Of a DNA stretch of 64,000 bases, positions 23,160 to 31,373 are shown one piece after another (position 1 is the first letter of the stretch; every line of letters starts with the position of its first letter). The notes below the pieces were generated by a model. It had not been told where the DNA came from and searched no databases. It saw only the letters and a list, made by a program, of their open reading frames with translations. Made by a program: the position numbers and the translations under genes. Origin of the DNA: Thermoplasmata archaeon (lineage in GTDB: Archaea > Thermoplasmatota > Thermoplasmata > Lutacidiplasmatales > UBA184); contig JBJKRJ010000048.1 of the NCBI GenBank assembly GCA_046704665.1, positions 28,829 to 92,828 on the forward strand, read 5' to 3'.

Positions 23160-25402
23160 GCGTACACCTCCTCTCCGTCGGCGCCGGTTTCGCTCCGCAG
23201 GCGTCCCTCGCTGACCAGCCGCTCGAGGGTGGCCCGGGTCGTCGGGAGGGAGACCCCGGCCTCTTCGGCGAGCAGTTCGACCGTGGCCCGGTCGATCCCG
23301 TCCGCCGGTTCGATGATCCGACGGAGGACCGTCACCGGCTCGGGGGCGGGAGGCGGCGGGGTGCGAGCGCGCCCGCGGCGGCGCCGGTACCACGCGAATC
23401 CCCCGACCGCCACGAGGACGAGGGTCACGATGCCGCCCACCTCGGCCGTGACAGCGGCTCCCCCCGTACCGGCCGCGGAGGCCGCCGGGGGCGACGGAAC
23501 CGTGGGAGGCGGGGAGTCCGAGGGAGGCGAGCCCGGAGCGACGGTCGGGAAGTGGACGGTCGCGTTCTCGGACCACCGGACGCCGAGACGGTCGACGACC
23601 ACGATCTCCTCCCGTACGTTCCCCGTCCCGTTGGTCGGCCAGGACCAGGAGTACGACCCGTCCAACGGTGCGGAGGCGTTTCCCTCGGGCCGGGAGGTCG
23701 AGTTCGCCCAGAGGGCGAACGGAGGCAGACCCCCCTCCAGGGTAAGATTCAGCACGAGGGACGGGCTTGGATCTCCCGGCACCACCGTCAGCTGGCCGGA
23801 CACTTCGAGGGGAGCCACCAGCTTCAGAGGTCGGTCCGTCCACCAGAACGCTCCCCCCGAGTCGATGACACCGACCGTGATCGAGGAGTTCCCTTCGTAG
23901 GGAAGGGTGCCGGTCCACTCGAACCCTGAGACGACGGAGAGGTTCCCTTCGGGAGTCGAGCTATTGGCCGGTGGCAGACCCGGCACGACGAACCAGAGGA
24001 ACGGAGCGACGCCCTGAGTGACGGTTCCCGTGAGGAGGACCGTGGGACCGGCGGCCCGGATCGAGCACGAGACCGTAACCGAGACGTTCAGCGCCCCATC
24101 AACCGCGAGCTGGGCGGAGGAGTTGCGGACCTCGAAGCCCAGCGCATCTTCGACGACGACCGAGACCCCGAAGCTCCCGGATACGGCAGGGTCGACCGGG
24201 ACGAGCAGGGTGCCATCGGTGGACAGTGTGGTGTGCGAACCGTTCGCGTCTCCCTCCAGGCCCCACTGCACGTGGAACGGCGGGACACCCCCGGACACCT
24301 CCACCGCGACGATGGCCGGCTGTCCGACCTCGGTCGAGGGGTCGGGGAGGTGCACTCCGAGCCCGAGCGAGGAACGCACCGGGAGGGAGAGGGTGGCGGT
24401 CGCCGGAGGGGGCGTGCCGCCGGACGGGACCACTTCGAAGGTGATCTCGGCGCTCCCCGGGGAGGCGAACGCACAGCTGAAGTTCTCCGTCGGTCCGCTC
24501 GGGGTGGGACCGGAACGGAAGCCGGCCGCCGCCACGGGACGCGCATCGGAGCAGCTCGTCGCCTCGCTGTAGAGGCTCGGAGGATCGAGGATCCGTCCGC
24601 GGAAGGCGACCGACGCTCCCACCTCCGTCGAGTACCGCGCACTTTCGATCCCCACGGCGAAGTTCGAGCTCGAGTATTCCGGCTCGACCACCGACCCGTT
24701 CGTGGTAAGCCCGATCGAATCCACGACCGAGATCGTGGGAGCGAAGGTCCCCTCGGGAAAGCGGTGCGGTATCGTGAACGCTCCCGGGCTCGTGAAGTAG
24801 AGCTCCGAGAACGCTCCGTCCCCCCAGGTGACCCGGACGCGGTAGGGTGGCGTCCCATCGATCAGGGAACCGGTCAGGTTCACGGTCGAACCGACGGGGG
24901 CCGGATCGGTGTCGAAGGCGAGCGGACCGAGTTGCGGCGGAACAACGACCGTGACGTTCGCGGTCGCGCGCTGAACGTCCGCGCTCTCTCCCGTCCCACA
25001 GTGGACGACGGTCGCCGACCGCACTTCGACTCGGGCGACGCCGGACGAGGCGCCGTACGCCGTGAAGTGGGTGATCGAGGTGTCGAGGGGGCCGAGCGCC
25101 CCCTCGGCCCAACCGGCGAGTACGGACCATCGGAACGAGACGGGGGTGTTCGTGCATCCCGGCGGAATGCCCGACCAGGTCGCCACGAACGCGGTCGAGT
25201 TCCCGGCCACCATCCACCACGACGTGGGGGCAACGGACAGCTGGGGAGCCGCGGGTGCGGCCGAGCCGAGGAAGGGAGCCGAAACGGGAGAAGGAGGGAA
25301 GACGACCGGGGAGCTCCACGCTCCCAGCAGGATCCCGAGCACCAGCGCGGCGGGGAGACCGGCGGCCCCGCAGAACCTCGGAACGCACTTCTTCGGCGAC
25401 AC
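23135..25402 (-). CDS. Large secreted, heavily N-glycosylated surface protein with a C-terminal TM helix and a cytoplasmic winged-helix domain.
   Basis: Signal peptide MSPKKCVPRFCGAAGLPAALVLGILLGAW. About 18 N-x-S/T sequons and repeated beta-rich Ig/PKD-like segments (..PPYRVRVTWGDG.., ..PPFHVQWGLEGD..). A Pro/Ser-rich stalk precedes the TM helix GGIVTLVLVAVGGFAWY and RRRRGRAR. A ~70-aa wHTH-like tail follows (VLRRIIEPADGIDRATVELLAEEAGVSLPTTRATLERLVSEGRL). Confidence 0.65.
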   Translation of the reverse strand: MSPKKCVPRFCGAAGLPAALVLGILLGAWSSPVVFPPSPVSAPFLGSAAPAAPQLSVAPTSWWMVAGNSTAFVATWSGIPPGCTNTPVSFRWSVLAGWAEGALGPLDTSITHFTAYGASSGVARVEVRSATVVHCGTGESADVQRATANVTVVVPPQLGPLAFDTDPAPVGSTVNLTGSLIDGTPPYRVRVTWGDGAFSELYFTSPGAFTIPHRFPEGTFAPTISVVDSIGLTTNGSVVEPEYSSSNFAVGIESARYSTEVGASVAFRGRILDPPSLYSEATSCSDARPVAAAGFRSGPTPSGPTENFSCAFASPGSAEITFEVVPSGGTPPPATATLSLPVRSSLGLGVHLPDPSTEVGQPAIVAVEVSGGVPPFHVQWGLEGDANGSHTTLSTDGTLLVPVDPAVSGSFGVSVVVEDALGFEVRNSSAQLAVDGALNVSVTVSCSIRAAGPTVLLTGTVTQGVAPFLWFVVPGLPPANSSTPEGNLSVVSGFEWTGTLPYEGNSSITVGVIDSGGAFWWTDRPLKLVAPLEVSGQLTVVPGDPSPSLVLNLTLEGGLPPFALWANSTSRPEGNASAPLDGSYSWSWPTNGTGNVREEIVVVDRLGVRWSENATVHFPTVAPGSPPSDSPPPTVPSPPAASAAGTGGAAVTAEVGGIVTLVLVAVGGFAWYRRRRGRARTPPPPAPEPVTVLRRIIEPADGIDRATVELLAEEAGVSLPTTRATLERLVSEGRLRSETGADGEEVYAWSPREVS

Positions 25403-25478
25403 TACCGCCCACCGTCATGGGCGGTGGTACGCGCGAGGTATTTCCACCGCCATCGGTCGGCGGAGGATGGATGCTGGC

Positions 25479-26135
25479 TCAGTAGTCGACGAGGAGGGCC
25501 ACGTGCTCGCGGGAGAACGGAGCGATCGCCGTCTCCGAACGCACGCTCGCCCCCTCGCTCCGGATCGCGTCGCGGGCCGCTCGGACGATCGCCGCGGACG
25601 GGCCCCGTTGGGTGACGGAACGGACCTTGAGCATGAGCACTCCCGATCGCCCCGGCGCGAGGCAGGCGCGGGCGTTCTCGATGAAGATCTGGGTCTGGTT
25701 CCGCTGCGCGACGTCCTGATAGAGGAAGTCGACCGAGCCGACGTCCGCCCGGTACCTCTCGGGGAGCTGGGCGTCCGCGAGGATCGGCAGGACGTTCGAC
25801 CGCCGGCGGGCGAGCGCGAGCAGACGGGGGAAGGACGTCGGGCTCTTCTCCACGACGAAGAGCGATGCCTCGGGCCAGAGATCGGAGAGGTGGCTCACGG
25901 TCGTTCCGTGCGCTCCGCCGAGATAGAGCGCGCTGCGCACGCCGTTCAGGGTACGGGCGGGGGCTCCCCGGAGCAGCCACGCGGCGAGCTTCGAACGGAA
26001 CGGGTCCCACTGACGATACTCGATTCCAGCGACGGTCCGCAGGGTCTCGCCGTAGACCCGGACGCCGGGGGTCGCGTTGACGGTGTAGAGGTCCCGGCCT
26101 TCCCGGAACACGCCGCGGGCGCTCGTCGGCTCCAC
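25479..26135 (-). CDS. flpA: Fibrillarin-like rRNA/tRNA 2'-O-methyltransferase.
   Basis: Strong family match: VRVYGE..YRQWDPFRSKLAAWLL..LYLGGAHGTTVSHLSDL..NVLPILADA..DVAQRNQTQI.. Confidence 0.9.
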   Translation of the reverse strand: MEPTSARGVFREGRDLYTVNATPGVRVYGETLRTVAGIEYRQWDPFRSKLAAWLLRGAPARTLNGVRSALYLGGAHGTTVSHLSDLWPEASLFVVEKSPTSFPRLLALARRRSNVLPILADAQLPERYRADVGSVDFLYQDVAQRNQTQIFIENARACLAPGRSGVLMLKVRSVTQRGPSAAIVRAARDAIRSEGASVRSETAIAPFSREHVALLVDY

Positions 26136-26140
26136 GGCGC

Positions 26141-26659
26141 TCAGCCCACCGCCGCCAGGAGCTCCACCTCGACCGGCGCGTTGAGCGGGAGGGCGGCGAC
26201 CCCGATTGCGACGCGCGAAGGGCGGCCTTCCTCGCCGAACAGGTCGACGAGGACCTGGGTGGCGCCGTTCGCGACCTCGTGCTGTCGCACGAACCCCGGG
26301 GATGAGGCGACGTACACCGTGGTCCGTACGATGCGTCGGATACGGTCGATCGAACCGAGCTCCGCGACGAGCGCGCTCAGGGCCTGCAGGGACGCGCGGC
26401 GCGCGGTCGTTTGCGCGGCCTCCACCGGCACCTCCCGGTCGACCAGGCCGGGGTGCACGACCGCCCCCCCTTCGAGCACGATCTGACCGGCCACCCAGGC
26501 GAGGCCGTTCTCAACGACGACCGGGGTATACGTGCCCGCCGGCCGGGGTGGGGGTGGGAGCTCAACCCCCGAAGTTCGCAGCCGTTCGGAGGGGAGGGGC
26601 GACACGGCCGGCCCACCCGTTTCGGGGAGAAAACGGCTCCCTCCGGTTCCCGCCGTCAT
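26141..26659 (-). CDS. RidA/YjgF family protein with an N-terminal extension; start uncertain.
   Basis: GTYTPVVVENGLAWVAGQI..VYVASSPGF..PSRVAIGVAALPLNAPVEVE. The start may be an internal GTG around 26566. Confidence 0.6.
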   Translation of the reverse strand: MTAGTGGSRFLPETGGPAVSPLPSERLRTSGVELPPPPRPAGTYTPVVVENGLAWVAGQIVLEGGAVVHPGLVDREVPVEAAQTTARRASLQALSALVAELGSIDRIRRIVRTTVYVASSPGFVRQHEVANGATQVLVDLFGEEGRPSRVAIGVAALPLNAPVEVELLAAVG

Positions 26660-26691
26660 TTCTTAAGCCGGGGAAGGATACTACTGGTGGG

Positions 26692-27042
26692 ATGCTGCTC
26701 TTCCGTCGGCGCCGCAAGGAGAAGGAAGAGACCCCGCACGAGGCCCGGAGGAAACCGACCCCGCCGCCGGAGCCGCCGGTGGAGACCCCGCCGGCCCCTC
26801 CCCCTGCGTCTGCACCGGCCACCAAGGTCCCATCGCCACGCTCCCCCTCTCCCGGGACGGCGGCAGTCCCGGCGGCTCCCTCCCCCCCCGTTCCGAACGT
26901 TCCACCCCCCCTGCCGCAGCAACCGCCGGAACCGGGAGCCCTCATCCGTTCCGATCGTGGGCCGTACGGGAGATGCTTCGTCTGCGGCTCTCCGCTCGAG
27001 GGCACGACCTGTCCCACGTGCCGGATGACCTGGGTCGAGTGA
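26692..27042 (+). CDS. Small Pro-rich protein with a C-terminal zinc-ribbon.
   Basis: ATG at 26692. The sequence runs MLLFRRRRKEKEE.., then a long PxxP low-complexity stretch, then CFVCGSPLEGTTCPTCRM. The upstream part of the track ORF is antisense to the RidA-like gene. Confidence 0.4.
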   Translation: MLLFRRRRKEKEETPHEARRKPTPPPEPPVETPPAPPPASAPATKVPSPRSPSPGTAAVPAAPSPPVPNVPPPLPQQPPEPGALIRSDRGPYGRCFVCGSPLEGTTCPTCRMTWVE

Positions 27043-27108
27043 GGAGCTCCCGGTCATCCGGGCCCGGGGGGAAGCTTTTGTGCGCGGGTCGCTCATGGAA
27101 GACGTACA

Positions 27109-28746
27109 ATGTCCAATACGCACGTGGCGTCCGCTCCGCTGGACGAGGTTGAGCGTCAGGTCGTCGATCACCTGTTCGTCCTGCAGCCGAGCTATGCGGT
27201 CGGGCTCGGGTTGCACGAGTACGATGGCCAGATGCCGGATCTGTCGGCCGAGGCGACGGAACGGTGGAGCGCCGATGCCGACCGTCTCCTTTCGCGTCTC
27301 CGGTCGATCGGGACGGAGACGCTCCCTCCCGATCGTCGGATCGACCGGTTCCTGCTCGAGCTGCTCCTGGAGAGTCCCCTGTTCGACCTCCGGGAGTCGC
27401 GCGAGCTCGACCGTAACCCGATGTCGTACGTCGGATCGGTATCGCTGACCTCGTACCTGGCCCGGGACTATGCACCCGTCGAACAACGGGTGGCGTCGAT
27501 CGTGAAGCTGCTCCGGGGCGTCCCCCGTCTTCTCGCGCAGGGTCGGGCTCGCCTTTACGGGCCGCTCCCCAAGCCGTTCGTGGATCTCGCGCTCGCGATC
27601 GGGGGCGGCCTCTCGGCCCACTTCGGCGAGGCGGAGGAGTTCGCGGGGCGGGCCAATCTCACCAAGGAGGTCGCCGCCGCCCGCGCGGTGGCCGAAGAGG
27701 CCCTGACGCCGTTCCTCACCTGGCTCCGGGAGGAGGCGCTCCCCCGCGCAGTGCCCGAGTTCGCGCTCGGTCCCGAGCGCTTCCAACGTCTCCTCTACGT
27801 CCGCGAGGGCATCGAGGCGCCGTTCGAGGAGATCCGGCGCGCCGGGTCTGCCGATCTCGCCCGCAACCAGGCACGCCTCGACGAGATCGCCCGCGTCGAG
27901 AAGACCAGCGTCGAGGATCTGCTGGTCCGCACGACGTCCCACCACCCCGCGGCGAGCGACGTGCTCCCCACGGCACGGAACTTCGTGGAGGAGACCCGTC
28001 GGTTCGTCGAGAGCCACGCGCTCGCGACGGTCCCCCCGACCGCCTCCTGCCGCGTGGAGGAGACCCCGGTGTGGGGGCGCGCGCTCTCGACCGCGAGCAT
28101 GAATCCCCCGGGGCCGTTCGACGCGACCTCTTCGGAGGGGATCTACTTCGTGACCCTCGTCGATCCGAAGTGGACGCCGGCGCAGGCCGAGGAGTGGCTG
28201 CGTTCGTTCAACTACCCGATGCTGCGGAACATCACGGTCCACGAGGTCTATCCGGGGCACTATCTCCAGTTCCTGCACTTCCGCGAGAGCGCCGGCTCGC
28301 TCGCTCGCAAGGTCTACCTCTCACCGTCGTTCGTAGAGGGGTGGGCGCACTACACCGAGCAGCTCGCGATCGAGCAAGGACTCGGGAGCGAGAGTCCGGT
28401 GGCCGAGGTCGCCCAGATCCATGACGCGCTGCTCCGGGACTGCCGCCTCTTGGCGTCGATCGGCCTCCACACGCAGGGCATGACGCTCGAGGCCGCGACC
28501 GAGCTCTTCCAGCGCGAGGCCCACTTCGACCGGCTCCCGGCCGAACGGGAGGCGATCCGCGGAACGTTCAACCCGGAGTACTTCTGCTACACCCTCGGGA
28601 AGCTCGCGATCCTCAGCGCGCGCGACAAGCTCCTGCAGAGCCGGTTCGGCGGCCGCCTGGGTGCCTTCCACGACGCGCTCCTCGCCTCCGGATGTCCCCC
28701 GATCGGCCTCCTCGACCGTCTGCTCGCGCCCGAGACCCCGGTCTAG
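27109..28746 (+). CDS. DUF885 family protein (putative metallopeptidase-like).
   Basis: 545 aa including the HEVYPGHY..E motif region characteristic of the DUF885 family. Confidence 0.7.
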   Translation: MSNTHVASAPLDEVERQVVDHLFVLQPSYAVGLGLHEYDGQMPDLSAEATERWSADADRLLSRLRSIGTETLPPDRRIDRFLLELLLESPLFDLRESRELDRNPMSYVGSVSLTSYLARDYAPVEQRVASIVKLLRGVPRLLAQGRARLYGPLPKPFVDLALAIGGGLSAHFGEAEEFAGRANLTKEVAAARAVAEEALTPFLTWLREEALPRAVPEFALGPERFQRLLYVREGIEAPFEEIRRAGSADLARNQARLDEIARVEKTSVEDLLVRTTSHHPAASDVLPTARNFVEETRRFVESHALATVPPTASCRVEETPVWGRALSTASMNPPGPFDATSSEGIYFVTLVDPKWTPAQAEEWLRSFNYPMLRNITVHEVYPGHYLQFLHFRESAGSLARKVYLSPSFVEGWAHYTEQLAIEQGLGSESPVAEVAQIHDALLRDCRLLASIGLHTQGMTLEAATELFQREAHFDRLPAEREAIRGTFNPEYFCYTLGKLAILSARDKLLQSRFGGRLGAFHDALLASGCPPIGLLDRLLAPETPV

Positions 28747-28816
28747 CGGACTCGGAGGCGCCGCTCTTTCGGGCGCCGGGGCGCAGCCTTTTCGTCCCCT
28801 CCCTCTGGCCGGGACG

Positions 28817-29737
28817 ATGGACGCGCTGCGGGCGGTCGGCCTCTCCAAGACGTATCGCCGGCGCACGCGCTCGGTGCGCGCGCTCGATCACGTCGATCTC
28901 GCGATCCCGAAGGGGCGGCTCTTCGCGTTCCTCGGTCGCAACGGGGCGGGCAAGACGACGTTCATCAAGATCTCGTCGACGCTCCTCGTTCCCACCGAGG
29001 GAGACGTCGAACTGTTCGGCCATGATGTCGTCGCGGACCCGGCGTCGGTCCGACCGCTGATGGCGCTCGTCCCTCAGGAGGGGAAGCTCTTCTACCATCT
29101 GACGCCCCGCGAGCACATCCACGAGTACCTCCGGGTGCGGGGTGCGTCGGCCGAGACGGCCCGCAGCCGCACGGACGAGATCCTCGAGGCGATGGGGCTC
29201 GTTCCCCACCAGGACGTGGTCGCGCTCCGGCTCTCGGGCGGGCTCCAGCAGCGGACGCTCGTCGCGATGGTCCTCGCCACGGAGGCCCCGTTCCTCTTCC
29301 TCGACGAACCGACGCTCGGGATGGACCCGTTCGCCCGGCGCCAGGTCTGGGAGGTGATCCGGCGGGCGGCCCGCAAGGGCTCGACGGTACTCCTCACGAC
29401 CCACTATCTGGACGAGGCCGAACAGCTCAGCGAGGAGCTCGCGGTGATCGAGGGCGGGCGGATCCTCTACCACGGTACCGCGGAGTCGATGAAGTCGACC
29501 CTCGGACGGGAGGTCCGCCTGCAGTTCCGAGGGGGGTTCCGACCCGACGAGCTCGCACCGTACGGGAAGGTCTACCGCGACCGGGACCGCGTGATCCTTC
29601 TCACGACCCGCGGCGCCGCCCACGAACTGACCGACCGGGCTCTCGGGCGCGGTGTCGCCGTGACCGCCGGTCCGGTGACCCTCGAGGAAGCGTTCCTCGA
29701 GCTCGTCGGCCGCGGGATCGAGGAGGAGCCGGAGTGA
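28817..29737 (+). CDS. ABC transporter ATP-binding protein (ABC-2 exporter type).
   Basis: Walker A GRNGAGKTT, signature LSGGLQQR, Walker B FLFLDEPTLGMD. Start ATG at 28817 (MDALRAVGLSKTY). Confidence 0.85.
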   Translation: MDALRAVGLSKTYRRRTRSVRALDHVDLAIPKGRLFAFLGRNGAGKTTFIKISSTLLVPTEGDVELFGHDVVADPASVRPLMALVPQEGKLFYHLTPREHIHEYLRVRGASAETARSRTDEILEAMGLVPHQDVVALRLSGGLQQRTLVAMVLATEAPFLFLDEPTLGMDPFARRQVWEVIRRAARKGSTVLLTTHYLDEAEQLSEELAVIEGGRILYHGTAESMKSTLGREVRLQFRGGFRPDELAPYGKVYRDRDRVILLTTRGAAHELTDRALGRGVAVTAGPVTLEEAFLELVGRGIEEEPE

Positions 29738-30498
29738 CCGCGCGGGCGCAGGCGTACGCCGCGTTCCGGATCTGCTACTTCAACGGCATCATTCCGTTGT
29801 GGCGCTCGCCGCTCCTCATCGCGGCGGTCTTCCTCACGCCGTTCAGCTTTCTCTTCTTCCTCAAGATCATCGCCTCCCCGAGCCTCTTCCCCTACGGGGT
29901 CGTCGGGGGGGTGCTCTTCACCGCCCTCTTCACGGGGAGCGGGATGATGAACGACTGCGCGTACCTCCGGCTCGAGCGCCAGCTTCAGCAGGTCTTCGTC
30001 ACGAGCCCGGTGAGCCAGCTCGCCTACATCTTCGGGATGGCGCTGAGCGAGCTCGCCTTCGCCGCGCCGGCGCTGGTCCTCTTCCTCGGCATCCTCACGC
30101 TCGTCACCCCGGTGGGACCGGCGAGCATGGCGGCGCTCCTCGGGGTGGTGCTCCTCACCTGGCTCATGGCCACCACGCTCGGCTTCTTCGTGTCGACCCT
30201 CTTCACCCAGTTCCGCGAGATCTGGCCGATCGCCACGCTGATCTTCTCGCTCCTTTCGGTCCTGCCCCCGATCTTCTACCCGGCCCGCGCGATCCCCGCC
30301 GAATGGCAGTGGGTGGCGTTCCTCGCCCCGTCCACCTACGGCGCCCAGCTCGCGGACCGGGTGCTGGGGCTCGGGGGGGCGATCACGACCGGTGTCGGGT
30401 TCCTCGACACGCCGTACTTCGACCTCCTGATGCTCGGAGTGGTCGCGCTTCTCTTCGGGCTCGCCGCGCTCTTCCTCGCTCGATGGCGGGAGAACTGA
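29734..30498 (+). CDS. ABC-2 type transporter permease.
   Basis: GTG start overlapping the ATPase stop. 254 aa with 6 hydrophobic helices. Confidence 0.75.
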   Translation: MTARAQAYAAFRICYFNGIIPLWRSPLLIAAVFLTPFSFLFFLKIIASPSLFPYGVVGGVLFTALFTGSGMMNDCAYLRLERQLQQVFVTSPVSQLAYIFGMALSELAFAAPALVLFLGILTLVTPVGPASMAALLGVVLLTWLMATTLGFFVSTLFTQFREIWPIATLIFSLLSVLPPIFYPARAIPAEWQWVAFLAPSTYGAQLADRVLGLGGAITTGVGFLDTPYFDLLMLGVVALLFGLAALFLARWREN

Positions 30499-30564
30499 CG
30501 CGCCCCGTCCGCGGGCGAGTCCCACCGAGCTGTTATCCGCGCGGACGGCTGATTCGGAGGAACC

Positions 30565-31275
30565 ATGGGGATTGCACGGCCGCGCATGGATCAGCTGCTC
30601 CACGAGGGAGACGAGCACACCTGCTCGGAGCCGTACGAGACGTGCGTCCGCATCCGGGCGATGGCCGACCTTCCCACCCGGTTCGGCGACTACCAGGTCG
30701 TCGCGTTCACGAACTGCTCCGACCAGAAGGAGCACGCCGCGTTCGTCCACGGGGACGTCTTCGACGGAACGGAGGTCCCGGTCCGTGTCCACTCCGAGTG
30801 CCTCACCGGCGACGCGATCGGCTCACTCCGGTGCGACTGCCGTGATCAGCTGATCGAATCCCTCGAGCGGATCGGACAGATGGACCGCGGTGTCGTCCTC
30901 TACCTCCGCCAGGAGGGTCGGGGGATCGGGTTCGTGAACAAGATCCGTGCCTACCAGCTCCAGGATGCCGGGTACGACACCGTGGAGGCGAACGAGACCC
31001 TCGGGTTCCGGCCGGACGAGCGGGACTACGCGGTCGCCGCCCACATGCTGAGGTCGCTCCACGTGCGGTCGGTCCGCCTCATGACCAACAACCCCGACAA
31101 GGTCGCCGACCTCGAGCGCCACGGGATCCCGATCGTCGGCCGCCTCCCGGTCACCATCCCGCCGAACGAGGTGAACCGCCCGTATCTCGAGACCAAGCAG
31201 CGCAAGCTCGGCCACCTCCTCGATCTGGAACAGTGGGACGACCTGGTGAAGTTCGCGGAGAGCACGGAGCACTAA
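30565..31275 (+). CDS. ribA: GTP cyclohydrolase II.
   Basis: RVHSECLTGDAIGSLRCDCRDQL zinc/GTP-binding motif and YLRQEGRGIGFVNKIRAYQLQD. Confidence 0.8.
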   Translation: MGIARPRMDQLLHEGDEHTCSEPYETCVRIRAMADLPTRFGDYQVVAFTNCSDQKEHAAFVHGDVFDGTEVPVRVHSECLTGDAIGSLRCDCRDQLIESLERIGQMDRGVVLYLRQEGRGIGFVNKIRAYQLQDAGYDTVEANETLGFRPDERDYAVAAHMLRSLHVRSVRLMTNNPDKVADLERHGIPIVGRLPVTIPPNEVNRPYLETKQRKLGHLLDLEQWDDLVKFAESTEH

Positions 31276-31373
31276 CGTCGGCCCCCCATCCGCCGGCCGA
31301 CGTTCGACCGGTTGTCGCGTACCGCGCGACGGAACCGTCTATTACCGTCGCCCCGTCCGGTCCTCGTCCGGAC

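Noticed and set aside
24099-25418. 439-aa and 256-aa minus-strand ORFs plus plus-strand ORFs within the large surface-protein gene.
   Set aside because: These are alternative frames with R/G-rich translations. The chosen frame has a signal peptide, glycosylation sequons and a TM helix.
26656-28278. 540-aa minus-strand ORF opposite DUF885.
   Set aside because: It is an R/E/L-rich antisense artefact.
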